DNA of 64,000 bases from Deltaproteobacteria bacterium. GTDB lineage: Bacteria; Myxococcota_A; Polyangia; HGW-17. Positions 20,547 to 30,823 of this stretch are shown piece after piece. Below the pieces are notes generated by a model. It was not told where the DNA came from. It did not search any database and saw nothing but the letters and a program-made list of their open reading frames with translations. Made by a program: the position numbers and the translations under genes. The stretch lies in the NCBI GenBank assembly GCA_016937155.1, contig JAFGWM010000032.1, positions 11,902-75,901 of the forward strand, in the 5' to 3' direction. Positions within the stretch are counted from its first letter, which is position 1, and every line of letters starts with the position of its first letter.

Positions 20547-22369
20547 TTATCTCCGTCATCGGAAAATTCCCTGTAAATTACTTCACTGAACAGGTGAGCA
20601 CTGGTTTCAAGCCGCATAACAGCATCCTTCAGCGTTTCAATATTCTGGGATTCAATTTTATTCCTGCACCATTCAAGATCATCCTTGATATCCTGAATTT
20701 CCTGAGGGCCGAGAAGATCCATATACTCTTCAAGGGCTTTTTCTGTTGTATATACAAGAGTTTCAGCCTGATTTCTCAGTTCAACAATCTGTTTTTTCTT
20801 TCTGTCATCATCGGCATAAAGTTCAGATTCTGTTTTAATTCTATCTATTTCATCCTGAGTCAAGCCACTGGTTGGAGTAACCTTAATTTTCTGTTCTTTA
20901 CCGGTACCAAGATCCTTGGCAGAAACATTTAAAATCCCATTTGCATCCACTTCAAATGTAACCTGAATTTGTGGAACGCCTCTTGGTGCAGGTGGAATCC
21001 CAAGAAGCTGGAAATGCGCAAGGCTTTTATTGTCTTCAACCATCTCTCTTTCACCCTGCACAACATGAATATTTACGAATGGCTGGTTATCCATAGCTGT
21101 TGTGAATATCATGCTTTTTCGGGTGGGAATGGGAGTGTTTTTAGAAATGACTCTTGTGAAAATACCTCCGGAAGTTTCAACACCTATGGAAAGAGGAACA
21201 ACGTCAAGAAGAAGTATGTCTTCCACCTGTCCTTCAAGAATACCTCCCTGAATACATGCACCAATAGCTACAACTTCATCAGGATTAACACCCTTGAAAA
21301 GTTTTTTACCGAAGAACTGTTCCACCTTTTTCTGAACGAGAGGCATACGTGTCTGACCACCAACAAGGAGAATCTGGCTGATTTCCTTTATTGATACGCC
21401 GGCATCAATTATAGCCTGTTCACAGGGTTCAAGAGTTTTATCCACAAGATCAACGGTAAGTTCTTCAAAATCGGATCTTGTAATAGTTGTGATAAGGTGC
21501 TGAGGTCCTGATTCGTTTACAGTGAGAAATGGCAGATTTATATCAGTCTCATCTGTTGCACTTAATTCCATTTTAGCTTTTTCTGCAGACTCTTTAATCC
21601 GCTGTAAAGCCATATCCTGCCCCGAAAGATCAATACCGGTGTTTTCTTTGAAAATATTCATAAGATATTCCACCAGTCTTTGATCAAAGTCTTCTCCACC
21701 CAGAAATGTGTTTCCATTAGTGGATCTTACCTGAAACATACCCATACTTATTTCCAGAATAGAAATATCGAAAGTACCACCACCAAGATCATATACAGCG
21801 ATAATTTCATTATCCACATCGTTGTGAAGTCCATATGCCAGAGCAGCTGCAGTGGGCTCGTTCACGATACGTTTAACATCCAGACCGGCGATTTTACCTG
21901 CATCTCTTGTTGCCTGTCTTTGCGCATCATTAAAGTAGGCAGGAACAGTAATTACCGCTTCTGTAACCTCTTCTCCAAGATACTCCTCAGCTATTTCCTT
22001 CATTTTCGCCAGAATTATTGAACTTACTTCAATTGCACTGAAACTTTTTCCCCTGATTACAACCTGAGCATCCCCATTGTCCGAAGAAGTAATTCTGAAA
22101 GGAGATGTTTTTGCCATCTTCTGAACTTCAGAATCATCAAATTTTCTACCCATTAGACGCTTGACACTGTATACGGTATGCTCAGCATTGGCAACGTGAG
22201 CTCTTTTGGCCAGCTGTCCAACGAGTCTTTCACCACTCTCATTATAACTCAGCATTGAAGGTGTGGTTCTGGAGCCTTCCTTGTTTGGTATCACCACAGC
22301 TTTATCATGCTGCATCACAGCAACGCAGGAGTTCGTTGTTCCCAGATCTATTCCAATGAGTGTTCCCAT
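20543..22369 (-). CDS. dnaK: Hsp70 chaperone DnaK (short-tailed, SglK-like paralog)
   Basis: [42 protein letters not shown]; 608 aa with no long C-terminal tail. Confidence 0.95.
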   Translation of the reverse strand: MGTLIGIDLGTTNSCVAVMQHDKAVVIPNKEGSRTTPSMLSYNESGERLVGQLAKRAHVANAEHTVYSVKRLMGRKFDDSEVQKMAKTSPFRITSSDNGDAQVVIRGKSFSAIEVSSIILAKMKEIAEEYLGEEVTEAVITVPAYFNDAQRQATRDAGKIAGLDVKRIVNEPTAAALAYGLHNDVDNEIIAVYDLGGGTFDISILEISMGMFQVRSTNGNTFLGGEDFDQRLVEYLMNIFKENTGIDLSGQDMALQRIKESAEKAKMELSATDETDINLPFLTVNESGPQHLITTITRSDFEELTVDLVDKTLEPCEQAIIDAGVSIKEISQILLVGGQTRMPLVQKKVEQFFGKKLFKGVNPDEVVAIGACIQGGILEGQVEDILLLDVVPLSIGVETSGGIFTRVISKNTPIPTRKSMIFTTAMDNQPFVNIHVVQGEREMVEDNKSLAHFQLLGIPPAPRGVPQIQVTFEVDANGILNVSAKDLGTGKEQKIKVTPTSGLTQDEIDRIKTESELYADDDRKKKQIVELRNQAETLVYTTEKALEEYMDLLGPQEIQDIKDDLEWCRNKIESQNIETLKDAVMRLETSAHLFSEVIYREFSDDGDK

Positions 22370-23104
22370 TTATTCTTCTCCGGGTGTTTCAGATGGTACA
22401 TCGTCAGATTTTTCCTTAGTAACAGCAGGTCCTGGTCCTTTTGAAACCACTACTCTGGCGGGTCTGATTAATCTTTCCCCCAGTATATATCCTTTCTGCC
22501 ACTGACTGATGACAATACCACTTTCGTAAAGATTGCTTTCCTCCTGAGCCATTGCTTCATGTACATTGGGATCAAACCGTTTTCCCAACGCATCCACTGG
22601 TAGAACATTCCATTTTTCAAGTGCTGTTCTGAACTGCTTCATCACCATCTCTATACCATTGAGCAGTGATTCAATATTTGCACTTTTCTGTGCGTGATCC
22701 ATAGCCATTTCAAGATGATCCAAAACAGGTATAAATGAATCAAGAAGATCACTCTGTGCTCTGAAAATTCCTAATTCAGATGTTTTGCCGGATCTTTTTC
22801 TGAAATTTTCAAATTCAGCTGCAATCCTGAGTTTCTGATCTGTTTCAAATGCAAGTTTGGATTCAAGAGATGTTATTTTTTCCTGAAGTTCTTTAATCTC
22901 AGTATTTTCGGGTATATCATCAACCAGCAATTCTGAATCACTTATATCATTTTCATCAAAATTGTCCAGCTCATCAAGAACTTCTTTCTCAATTTTCGCA
23001 GTAAGATTAATATCTTGAGATTTTTCAACTACGCCATCAGTCTCAAAATTCTGCATCTGTGTCATTTCATCAGGAAAATCTTTATCATCAAAATCGGACA
23101 TCAC
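22370..23104 (-). CDS. grpE: Nucleotide exchange factor GrpE
   Basis: RIAAEFENFRKR, FDPNVHEA, QKGYILGERLIRPARVVV; GGAGG RBS. Confidence 0.95.
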   Translation of the reverse strand: MMSDFDDKDFPDEMTQMQNFETDGVVEKSQDINLTAKIEKEVLDELDNFDENDISDSELLVDDIPENTEIKELQEKITSLESKLAFETDQKLRIAAEFENFRKRSGKTSELGIFRAQSDLLDSFIPVLDHLEMAMDHAQKSANIESLLNGIEMVMKQFRTALEKWNVLPVDALGKRFDPNVHEAMAQEESNLYESGIVISQWQKGYILGERLIRPARVVVSKGPGPAVTKEKSDDVPSETPGEE

Positions 23105-23243
23105 TTAGAATCCTCCATAATTAAAAATATTGTATACAAATAACATCGGGTTGATAATGTGGCAACAAAATACAATATTTCATACAGGCGAAATTTAAAA
23201 CACTAAAAAAATTACATAGAAAAATCAACTACTGGAAAGTGTC

Positions 23244-23804
23244 TCAGGGAATATATTTCAGGTGAACATCAATATTATCATCAGTTTGATTTATAACAGA
23301 GAAAACAATAACTCCCGAGGTAATGGCAACCACTCCTGTCCAGAAAATCCAGTTTTTCCACCACGGGGTTTTTTCATATTTATCCTTATTCTCTCTTTTA
23401 ACCGGAGCCTGGTTTTTTTTCAGAAAAATATCGGTGAGGGAGACATTGAGGGCACCTCTTGGAGCCGGTGGCTGGAATGGACCGTGGATTGTTTTTTTAC
23501 CCACCACAAAAATTCCCTTTCCAGTGAGGATCACAAGCCAGTCAAGTCTGCGATTATGGAGTTGTTTTCTGATAAGACTTTCGGCCAATTTTCCAGGAAA
23601 TGAACAACAGCTTTTCAGCGTGGTTTCCAGTGCTTTTTTTTCTTTTTCCGGAAAGACAGCCTCTCCTCCCGTTGTGACTGTCGTAAGAACTCTCAGTCCA
23701 ACAACAGTTCTTTCTGCAGCTCCGGAATCTTTCATATCAATGTTTATTGTTTCAATCACAGGGAGAGTTATAACATTTGTCAGTAAAAGAAATAAATATG
23801 TCAT
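23244..23804 (-). CDS. Hypothetical exported protein with C-terminal PWWKNWIFW hydrophobic segment
   Basis: Translationally coupled to the upstream gene; C-terminal TPWWKNWIFWTGVVAITSGVIVF. Confidence 0.65.
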   Translation of the reverse strand: MTYLFLLLTNVITLPVIETINIDMKDSGAAERTVVGLRVLTTVTTGGEAVFPEKEKKALETTLKSCCSFPGKLAESLIRKQLHNRRLDWLVILTGKGIFVVGKKTIHGPFQPPAPRGALNVSLTDIFLKKNQAPVKRENKDKYEKTPWWKNWIFWTGVVAITSGVIVFSVINQTDDNIDVHLKYIP

Positions 23805-25084
23805 TATTCAATGTTTCTGGGATCGTCATCTGTTGAAGAATCCCCTTCAAAACCTGTAATATAAAAAAGATATAATGTATTGAGTCCACCAACAATGAGT
23901 TCTTCTCGATCAGGCATTTCTGAACTCGGAACGCCAGCAAGACTGGAACCAAAAAGTTTTTCGTTTTCAGGTGTTCCTATTGTTACTGCAGGTGAAATTT
24001 TGGAAATAGTGAAAGGCATCTTGAAAATATAGACTTCACCACTGCTTCCGTTAGTTTCAATTCCAGGATCGGTGGAAATCAGTTCCATAGTTCCATCTCC
24101 ATCCAGGTCAATAATTTCTATGGATTTACCAAGAGATCTGTCTGTGGAATACAATTCAACATCCGGAACACTGCTGTATGAAATAGAGTCGTTTTCAGAC
24201 TGAAAAACAAAAATACTGTCTCCACATCCGGCAATAATATCCGGAATATCATCGTTATTAATATCAAACAGTCTGATTGTGGAAACTTCATCCCCGGGAT
24301 AAGCTTCTGAACCTTTCAGAATAATTCGTTCCTCCGGAACTACTTCAAGCAATGAAGAATACACTGAAAAAATCTGGATTGACCAGAAATTGGTGTCAGT
24401 TTCCGTTCCACCAACTATCAGATGCGGTATATCATCAAATTCAGTTATTTTAATAAAATCACTACTGAATGTGTTATTTTCAGTGGAAGTAAGATTGAAA
24501 TCTCCGAGAGAGACATCAACTCCAGCCGAATCCATTGTTTCAAAATAGTGAATATGATTATCACTTGCTGCAATCACTGAGTAGGTTCTGTTCGAATTCT
24601 GATAGATGTCGAGAGCTCTGCCAAATCCTGAGATATTCTCCATCTCATCAATAGATTTTTCCACAGTTCCAGTATATTCGTTTTCAGCATCAGGATTTTT
24701 ATCGATGGAAACTATATAAATTTTACCAAGACTGGAGAGCCCTAAAAGAAATTCAGAATTATATGGCACTAGAGGAATGATATTACTTACTTCCAGTCCA
24801 TCCACACCAGGAAGTTTTACAGGATGCTTGGAAATTTCACCATTGGAGAAGTTAATGATAAAAAGAGGAATATCGCCACTGCCTCCGATTATCAGAATAT
24901 TCTGATACTTATTTCCGGAAGAGTCCAGTAGATGGGAAGAAATCTGGCCGAAGTTTGCATCACCAAAGTTTTCCGGTGCATTAATCACCTGAACCGTAGC
25001 TTCGCTTTTGAGATCATCAAAAACCCTCCAGTCACAGGAAATAACAGCCAGAGAGGACAGTAGTATAAATAATAAATTTTTCAT
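23804..25084 (-). CDS. Lipoprotein with FG-GAP/integrin-like beta-propeller repeats
   Basis: Lipobox VISC; FGQ/FGR/FGS blade starts; Ca-binding loops DINNDDIPDII and DLDGDGTMEL. Confidence 0.75.
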   Translation of the reverse strand: MKNLLFILLSSLAVISCDWRVFDDLKSEATVQVINAPENFGDANFGQISSHLLDSSGNKYQNILIIGGSGDIPLFIINFSNGEISKHPVKLPGVDGLEVSNIIPLVPYNSEFLLGLSSLGKIYIVSIDKNPDAENEYTGTVEKSIDEMENISGFGRALDIYQNSNRTYSVIAASDNHIHYFETMDSAGVDVSLGDFNLTSTENNTFSSDFIKITEFDDIPHLIVGGTETDTNFWSIQIFSVYSSLLEVVPEERIILKGSEAYPGDEVSTIRLFDINNDDIPDIIAGCGDSIFVFQSENDSISYSSVPDVELYSTDRSLGKSIEIIDLDGDGTMELISTDPGIETNGSSGEVYIFKMPFTISKISPAVTIGTPENEKLFGSSLAGVPSSEMPDREELIVGGLNTLYLFYITGFEGDSSTDDDPRNIE

Positions 25085-25091
25085 GTTATCC

Positions 25092-26627
25092 TCAGAATTT
25101 TACGGTCAACGAAATACCAGTCTGATTTCCGGACAGAACAGGGTCAAGACTGACGCTAGTTGTTCCTATGTTGATGGACTGGTTTATTGTGGAATCCGGT
25201 CCTGAATCTGAAAATGTCCTTATAACAGCAATAACCAGAGATAAAGCACTGAGCCCGTACAAAACATCAGCTGCAATGGAATAAATTTTACCATCCTGCA
25301 GTCTGGGATCATTACTGTATACAGGAACACCGTTTTTTATGTCATTGTTGAAATCGTCCTCTATTTTTTTTGACATTCCCCCAAGCCATATTCCGCCACC
25401 AAGGGATGCCAGACCAATAACATACGCTGTTATGGCTCCAGCTCTGTTTGGTGATTTGTGAAGTGTAACATTAAAATTTTTATGATCACCAGGAGCAAAA
25501 TTAAGTTTTTTCTCAACGCTCTTCATTCCCTTTTTTGAAATCTCAAGTCTGTGTGTTCCACTTTTTATTTTGACTTTAAGGCATGGGGCAACACATACAG
25601 TTCGTCCATCAATTTTAATTTTTGCATTTCTTACATTTTTACCAAACACACTCAGATATGCTATGGGAGTTTTTTTCAGTTTAAAATCAAACTGATTAGT
25701 TTCTCCTGCTTTGGCATTTATGACAGTTTTAATTTCATCAAATCCTTCTTTTGAAATAATCAACTGATGTTTTCCCGGTTTAAGAAAACCGCTCCAGGGT
25801 GTTTTTCCAATAGCTCCAACGGATTTGGATCCTGGATAAATGTATGCATCAGGTGAATCGGTTGTTATTTGAACCCAGGCAAGTTTTGCATCCTTGTTTA
25901 AATTTATGAAAATATCTGTAAACCTGTTTTTTGTAATGGTGATTTCTTTTTTTATAGTTTGAAATCCTTTTTGTTTGATGATTATTACATGTTTCCCATC
26001 AGAGATAACACCTTCCCATGGAGTTTTTCCAAGTTTGTTTTTTTCATCATCAAGAAAAAGTTCACTCCCGGGAGGCTCTGTACTGATTGATGTAACATTC
26101 TTTGTTTCAATAGGTGGAAGAGGTGGTTTCTTTATTATAATGATTTTTGTTTTTTCGGGTATCGGTTTTTTATCAGGATTTTTTTTACCATCAGGATTTT
26201 TTTTGTTGGCATTCTCTAGGTTTTTTTTATTTTCCGCGTCTTTTTTTTCTGCATCAATTCTTCTTTTTTCATTTTCTTTTTGAATGGATATCAATTTATT
26301 CAGTAGACGTATTCTTGCCTGAATAGCTGAAATACCTTTAGCACTTGGAGATTTTGCAACATACTCCACAAAAAACTTTTTCGCCTGGGTGTAATCTTCA
26401 ATTTTTTCAAAACATACAGCGGCATTGTATAAAAAAGCAGCAAGAGGTTTTTGTTTGTATGCTTCCAAAAATTTTTCTGCAGCTTTTTTATATTCTCCTG
26501 CCCCAAAAAGTGCCTGACCCGCATTGAAACTTTCCCTGGCCTTTTTTGTGGATATCCCGTGAGAAACTGAAGGAGAAAAAGTCATTAATAAAAAAATCAG
26601 AGTAAATATTTTAGCCATATTGACCAT
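25092..26627 (-). CDS. TPR and PEGA domain protein
   Basis: Signal peptide, N-terminal TPR (FLYNAAVCFEKI), three PEGA-like repeats (STEPPGSELFLD...GKTP), two C-terminal hydrophobic segments ending LTVKF. Confidence 0.85.
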   Translation of the reverse strand: MVNMAKIFTLIFLLMTFSPSVSHGISTKKARESFNAGQALFGAGEYKKAAEKFLEAYKQKPLAAFLYNAAVCFEKIEDYTQAKKFFVEYVAKSPSAKGISAIQARIRLLNKLISIQKENEKRRIDAEKKDAENKKNLENANKKNPDGKKNPDKKPIPEKTKIIIIKKPPLPPIETKNVTSISTEPPGSELFLDDEKNKLGKTPWEGVISDGKHVIIIKQKGFQTIKKEITITKNRFTDIFINLNKDAKLAWVQITTDSPDAYIYPGSKSVGAIGKTPWSGFLKPGKHQLIISKEGFDEIKTVINAKAGETNQFDFKLKKTPIAYLSVFGKNVRNAKIKIDGRTVCVAPCLKVKIKSGTHRLEISKKGMKSVEKKLNFAPGDHKNFNVTLHKSPNRAGAITAYVIGLASLGGGIWLGGMSKKIEDDFNNDIKNGVPVYSNDPRLQDGKIYSIAADVLYGLSALSLVIAVIRTFSDSGPDSTINQSINIGTTSVSLDPVLSGNQTGISLTVKF

Positions 26628-26741
26628 CCATTGGAGAAAATCGAATCTGTTCCAAGAATATTGATACCATTATACTCTGAAACTGCAATGATTGAATTTC
26701 AGACAATGTGTTTTCATCGTTACTGATAAAGCATTGCAGTG

Positions 26742-26769
26742 TTGACTGACAAAAAAGCTGAAGTAAAAT
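26742..26769 (+). promoter_or_regulatory. Sigma70-like promoter
   Basis: TTGACT-N16-TAAAAT upstream of the LDLa lipoprotein gene. Confidence 0.4.
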
Positions 26770-26793
26770 GTTCATTTGAAAAAGGAGACAGTT

Positions 26794-27225
26794 ATGAAAA
26801 AGTATATTTTAATTTCATTGATAATTTTTGCGGGTTGTGATGATTCCAGTTCAACGATTCCTTCAAATTCAGCTATTGCAGAATCGTTGTGCACCAAACA
26901 GTTGGAATGTGATCCGGAAATGCTCGAAGAGGAATACCCTTCATGCGTTGAAGATATCAAGGAAGTTCTTGATATAAACAGTGATGCATGTTCTGTAGCT
27001 TTCAATGATTTGAAAAACTGTGGGAATTCACATACATGTGAGGAAATAAGCAATGGTGACTGTAATGCTTACTATCCGGAAGTCATGGCGAACTGCACAG
27101 TTGAAGTATGCGGGGACACAGATTTTGAGTGTAATGACGGCAGTTGTATAGATTCTGAGTGGACATGCGATGGTGAATGCGACTGTGGTGAGTGTGAAGA
27201 TGAGGAAATATGTGACGCTGTTTAA
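26794..27225 (+). CDS. Cys-rich lipoprotein with C-terminal LDL-receptor class A domain
   Basis: Lipobox FAGC; CGDTDFECNDGSCIDSEWTCDGECDCGECEDEEIC fits the LDLa pattern; AGGAG RBS before ATG 26794. Confidence 0.8.
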   Translation: MKKYILISLIIFAGCDDSSSTIPSNSAIAESLCTKQLECDPEMLEEEYPSCVEDIKEVLDINSDACSVAFNDLKNCGNSHTCEEISNGDCNAYYPEVMANCTVEVCGDTDFECNDGSCIDSEWTCDGECDCGECEDEEICDAV

Positions 27226-27348
27226 AACATCATAGAATCAGGTGATCTTTTCCCGTTATGAGACTCTGACTGGATCTTATTTTTTCAATAAAAAATAAAA
27301 GTGGCTTCAAAACAGTGTTATTTCAGTGGATTGAAATCTATCCTACAT

Positions 27349-27377
27349 TTGACTTCATTTGCTTACTTGTATATACT
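27349..27377 (+). promoter_or_regulatory. Sigma70-like promoter of the PilZ gene
   Basis: TTGACT-N17-TATACT followed by an AGGAG RBS. Confidence 0.55.
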
Positions 27378-27395
27378 TGTAGTATAGGAGCTGAT

Positions 27396-27728
27396 ATGAA
27401 AAACAGAAGACACTCCAGATTTCAGATAATGGCTACAGTGGTTGTCACAACAGAAGAGTTTGGTACTTTTGATGCGGTGGCTGTAAACATTTCAAGAGGC
27501 GGAATTTTTATCCAGACATTTGATCCCCTCCCCCTAGGAACATCTGTCATTATTGAATTGGGCACTGATACTCCTTTCTATGCTACTGGAGTTGTCAGAA
27601 GCCATTATTACATGACCTACAGAGCCACACCTGAACAGAGTTCCTATACCGGAATGGGGATTGTATTCACGGATTTTCATGATAACGAGGCTACACAGTC
27701 TCTTCTTTCAAGCGTACCTGTAAATTGA
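27396..27728 (+). CDS. Stand-alone PilZ domain protein (c-di-GMP receptor)
   Basis: RRHSR (RxxxR) and NISRGG ((D/N)xSxxG) motifs, GMGIVF; ATG 27396 after AGGAG. Confidence 0.85.
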   Translation: MKNRRHSRFQIMATVVVTTEEFGTFDAVAVNISRGGIFIQTFDPLPLGTSVIIELGTDTPFYATGVVRSHYYMTYRATPEQSSYTGMGIVFTDFHDNEATQSLLSSVPVN

Positions 27729-27871
27729 TATTATTAAATAATCTTTATTTATCTTAATTGTTGACGGTATCTTCCTTTATTTTCCCTTTAATTCATATAT
27801 TATTCAGACGATAGTTTATTTGCATATGTCGGAATTTTTTTTGTGGATACCTGAAAGAGGTTTGTTTTAAG

Positions 27872-29056
27872 ATGTTCTCCAGAATTAACACAGTGGTTAA
27901 TGTTTTTATGCTGATTTTACTTTTTTCATGCAGCGGTGGAGATGCGAAAAATGAGGACCAACCTCAGAAGGAAGCAGTTGTTCCTCCCATAAACACTGAT
28001 GCGGGAAAGGATACTGTATCCAAAGATGCATCTTCAGATAAAACAGATAAAGCAAAAAAGCCTACTGTGGATACTGTTCGTCCCGATAGACTTGTGGATC
28101 AGATCAACAGGCTAAACAAGTGTCTTCAGCGTTCTGTAAAAAGCATAAAAAAAGAAATTGATGCAAATCATGCTGTTATTTCCAGGACATCTACTGCAGA
28201 ACTGAAAAAAATGGGAAAAATATGTGAACGAAATTATTTTGACATAATAAATAACTATAATGATCTGACTTTCTACTATCGTAAATACTTTCTTGCCGCA
28301 GCACATTTTCTGGATAGTTATTTTCTCGGAACTGAAAACTTGTCTCTCCCAATGGATGCTCCGGGAAAGCAGAGTGTACTTGAAGTTGAAAAATCTGTCC
28401 TGAATATTTATAATAAATATGCTTTAAAAAACAACGATCTTGTTGGTGTCAGTATTCTGGAGAAATATCCAAAACAGGAAAAATCAACGGTAGATCTAAG
28501 AACCTATAGTGATGAATCTGCCAGACTTGGAGAATTTATCACTAAAGAAATCAGAAAATGGAACAGAGATCACTCTTTTGATCTGGTACCCGGTGCTGAC
28601 AGACCAAGCTGGATGTTTTCACTTCGCAGAGAATTTACAGCAATTGTTTTTCTTGAAACTCAACTTAAGAAAAAATCGGAGTATTTTAAGACAATTTCTT
28701 GCATCAGAGGATTTGCAAAACTGGAAGAAAAAAAAGAAGTTTCAACTGATATTAAGAGAGTAAATGAAGTGAAAAAGATTCCTGCAAAAGTGGATTCTCC
28801 TGCAAATTTGAATTCTGCAAAAGAAAAACCCGCATCTAAAAAATCTGAAGATCCTGTTCTGACATGTAAAGCAGTGGAAGTGAAGACAGGAATGGTTATA
28901 AAGAATCTGGATAACTGGGTAAAAGAATGGAAAAAGCAACTGAGTAATTCAATCAGAACATGGCCAGTGGTTGATCAGGGGTTCAAAAATAAAACATTTC
29001 TTCAGTATTCAACCCTGAACAGCTCTCTTTCCTCTCTTCCCCCAAAATTAAAATGA
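27872..29056 (+). CDS. Hypothetical lipoprotein
   Basis: Lipobox LFSC, disordered linker, predicted helical body. Confidence 0.7.
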   Translation: MFSRINTVVNVFMLILLFSCSGGDAKNEDQPQKEAVVPPINTDAGKDTVSKDASSDKTDKAKKPTVDTVRPDRLVDQINRLNKCLQRSVKSIKKEIDANHAVISRTSTAELKKMGKICERNYFDIINNYNDLTFYYRKYFLAAAHFLDSYFLGTENLSLPMDAPGKQSVLEVEKSVLNIYNKYALKNNDLVGVSILEKYPKQEKSTVDLRTYSDESARLGEFITKEIRKWNRDHSFDLVPGADRPSWMFSLRREFTAIVFLETQLKKKSEYFKTISCIRGFAKLEEKKEVSTDIKRVNEVKKIPAKVDSPANLNSAKEKPASKKSEDPVLTCKAVEVKTGMVIKNLDNWVKEWKKQLSNSIRTWPVVDQGFKNKTFLQYSTLNSSLSSLPPKLK

Positions 29057-29069
29057 TTCTGTAAATAAT

Positions 29070-29927
29070 TTAAATAATTTTTTTAAATACTGTTTTGTTG
29101 ATTTCCAGAACATCTTCAAGAAGTTTTATACCGGATATATGAGAACCATAATTTTCAATTGAGAGTAAATCTTCTCCAATATTACTTTCCTTACTGGAAA
29201 AGTTTTGAAGTGAAATAAAATTTGAGACAGTTTTTCCAAGATTTTCAGAAAAAAGTTTTTCTTCTGAAATCGAAAGTGGACTGGAATTTCTCACAAAAAT
29301 AAATCTGGCGGTTTTTATGAAGTTATCAACAATCAATGCTCTCTTTAAAGCCTTTTGAGTAATTTTTTTTGTTTCAGTCCCTGATGAAAGTTGATCATGT
29401 GAAATATTCTGAAGGTTTGTCCACATTCTGGACAATTCATTTTGCAGATCTGAAAATTCTTTTGTCCACTTAACAGTGTGGATTGCATTTTTTATCAGTT
29501 TTATCGCCTGTCCAGTGGGTGGAGCATCAATAACGACGCTTCCTGTGTGTTTTTTTATTTCATCTGCAGCAGCTTCCCAGATGGCCTGATCCTCGATTCC
29601 GGGAGAGTTAACCAGTAAATCGATGAATTTTCCCACTGAGAAAGCATCAAGAAAACGATATTTTTTTTTAAGTAATCTTTTTGATTTTTGAGAAGTTTTT
29701 TTAATCCAAAGATCAAAATCAGGTTCAAAAATGCGGATTGATCCACCGGGTTCAACGGATTTTTCGGGGATTTTGTCAGTCTCCCATATGGATGAAAGGG
29801 AATGTGCACTATCCATGCTTATGAGAAGAACGGGATTCTTTTTTGAAAGTTCAAGTGCCAGTAAACTGGAAATAGTACTTTTTCCTGATCCCCCTTTTCC
29901 CGTAATGAAAAAAAAATTGTTTTTCAT
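29070..29927 (-). CDS. ArsA/GET3-family ATPase (single domain)
   Basis: GKGGSGKST deviant Walker A, SMDSAHSL, SPGIED, DAPPTG switch motifs. Confidence 0.8.
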   Translation of the reverse strand: MKNNFFFITGKGGSGKSTISSLLALELSKKNPVLLISMDSAHSLSSIWETDKIPEKSVEPGGSIRIFEPDFDLWIKKTSQKSKRLLKKKYRFLDAFSVGKFIDLLVNSPGIEDQAIWEAAADEIKKHTGSVVIDAPPTGQAIKLIKNAIHTVKWTKEFSDLQNELSRMWTNLQNISHDQLSSGTETKKITQKALKRALIVDNFIKTARFIFVRNSSPLSISEEKLFSENLGKTVSNFISLQNFSSKESNIGEDLLSIENYGSHISGIKLLEDVLEINKTVFKKII

Positions 29928-29932
29928 AATAT

Positions 29933-30823
29933 TCAGGAACTGGTTCGTCTGACAATAAGTTCTGCTAAAAGACCCATTGCAAGAGTCTGAACACTTGTCA
30001 TTATAAGTACAGCAGAAGTTGAATCCATTATTCTCCCCGTGACAAAATAACTGCCAAAAAGTACAATGATTCCGGCAAGAAGAAGAAAAAGTGAGAAGGG
30101 AAAAAATACCCTCAACGGTCTGAAATACATAATTGTCCTGACGATCAGTGACATAAAATTTAAAGTGTCATAAATTGGTCTTATTTTGGATTTGCCCTTC
30201 CTGTGATGATAGTCAATGGGTATATATTTTACTCTGTAGCCATCAACGATCATTGCAATGGATATTGTTGACGTAAAAGAAAATCCATCAGGAAGAAGGC
30301 GTATATACTTAAGAACCACCTCTCTTCTCATTAAACGTAATCCACTGTTCAGATCCGGAATTTTTCTGCCACTGACATATGATGCCAGAGAGGTGATAAA
30401 AGCCTTTGCTGGACGTCTTACAAGGGGAATGTGAACGCTGTTTCCTGTTCTTGAACCAATTATCATATCGGATTCATCCATGTATCTGGATAAATTAAGT
30501 AATTCAGTTTCAGGATAAGTCCCATCGGCATCAATTATTGCAAACCATTTGGTTTTAATGGAATGAACCCCGGTTTTAAGGGCTGCTCCATATCCTCTGT
30601 TTTCAGCATGACTTATAGTTTTTACACCGGATTTTTTTACAATTTCACTGGTTCCATCAGTGGAACCATCATCAACCACTAAAATTTCCCATGGAAAATC
30701 AGCATCTTTCATAGCATCCTGAAGTCTGCTTAATACTTTTTCAATACCTGTTGCTTCATTGTATGCAGGCATTATTATGGTTAAATCGTTTATTTCCTGT
30801 TCAGGTTCTTTAGACAAATTCAT
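29933..30823 (-). CDS. Family 2 glycosyltransferase (DPM1-like) with two C-terminal TM helices
   Basis: IIMPAYNE, VVDDGSTDGT, NRGYGAAL, DADG, DLNSG. Confidence 0.9.
   Translation of the reverse strand: MNLSKEPEQEINDLTIIMPAYNEATGIEKVLSRLQDAMKDADFPWEILVVDDGSTDGTSEIVKKSGVKTISHAENRGYGAALKTGVHSIKTKWFAIIDADGTYPETELLNLSRYMDESDMIIGSRTGNSVHIPLVRRPAKAFITSLASYVSGRKIPDLNSGLRLMRREVVLKYIRLLPDGFSFTSTISIAMIVDGYRVKYIPIDYHHRKGKSKIRPIYDTLNFMSLIVRTIMYFRPLRVFFPFSLFLLLAGIIVLFGSYFVTGRIMDSTSAVLIMTSVQTLAMGLLAELIVRRTSS

Noticed and set aside
23105-23243. CIRCE element or sigma32 promoter upstream of grpE
   Set aside because: No TTAGCACTC-N9-GAGTGCTAA; only a weak CCCGAT-like -10 without a good -35.
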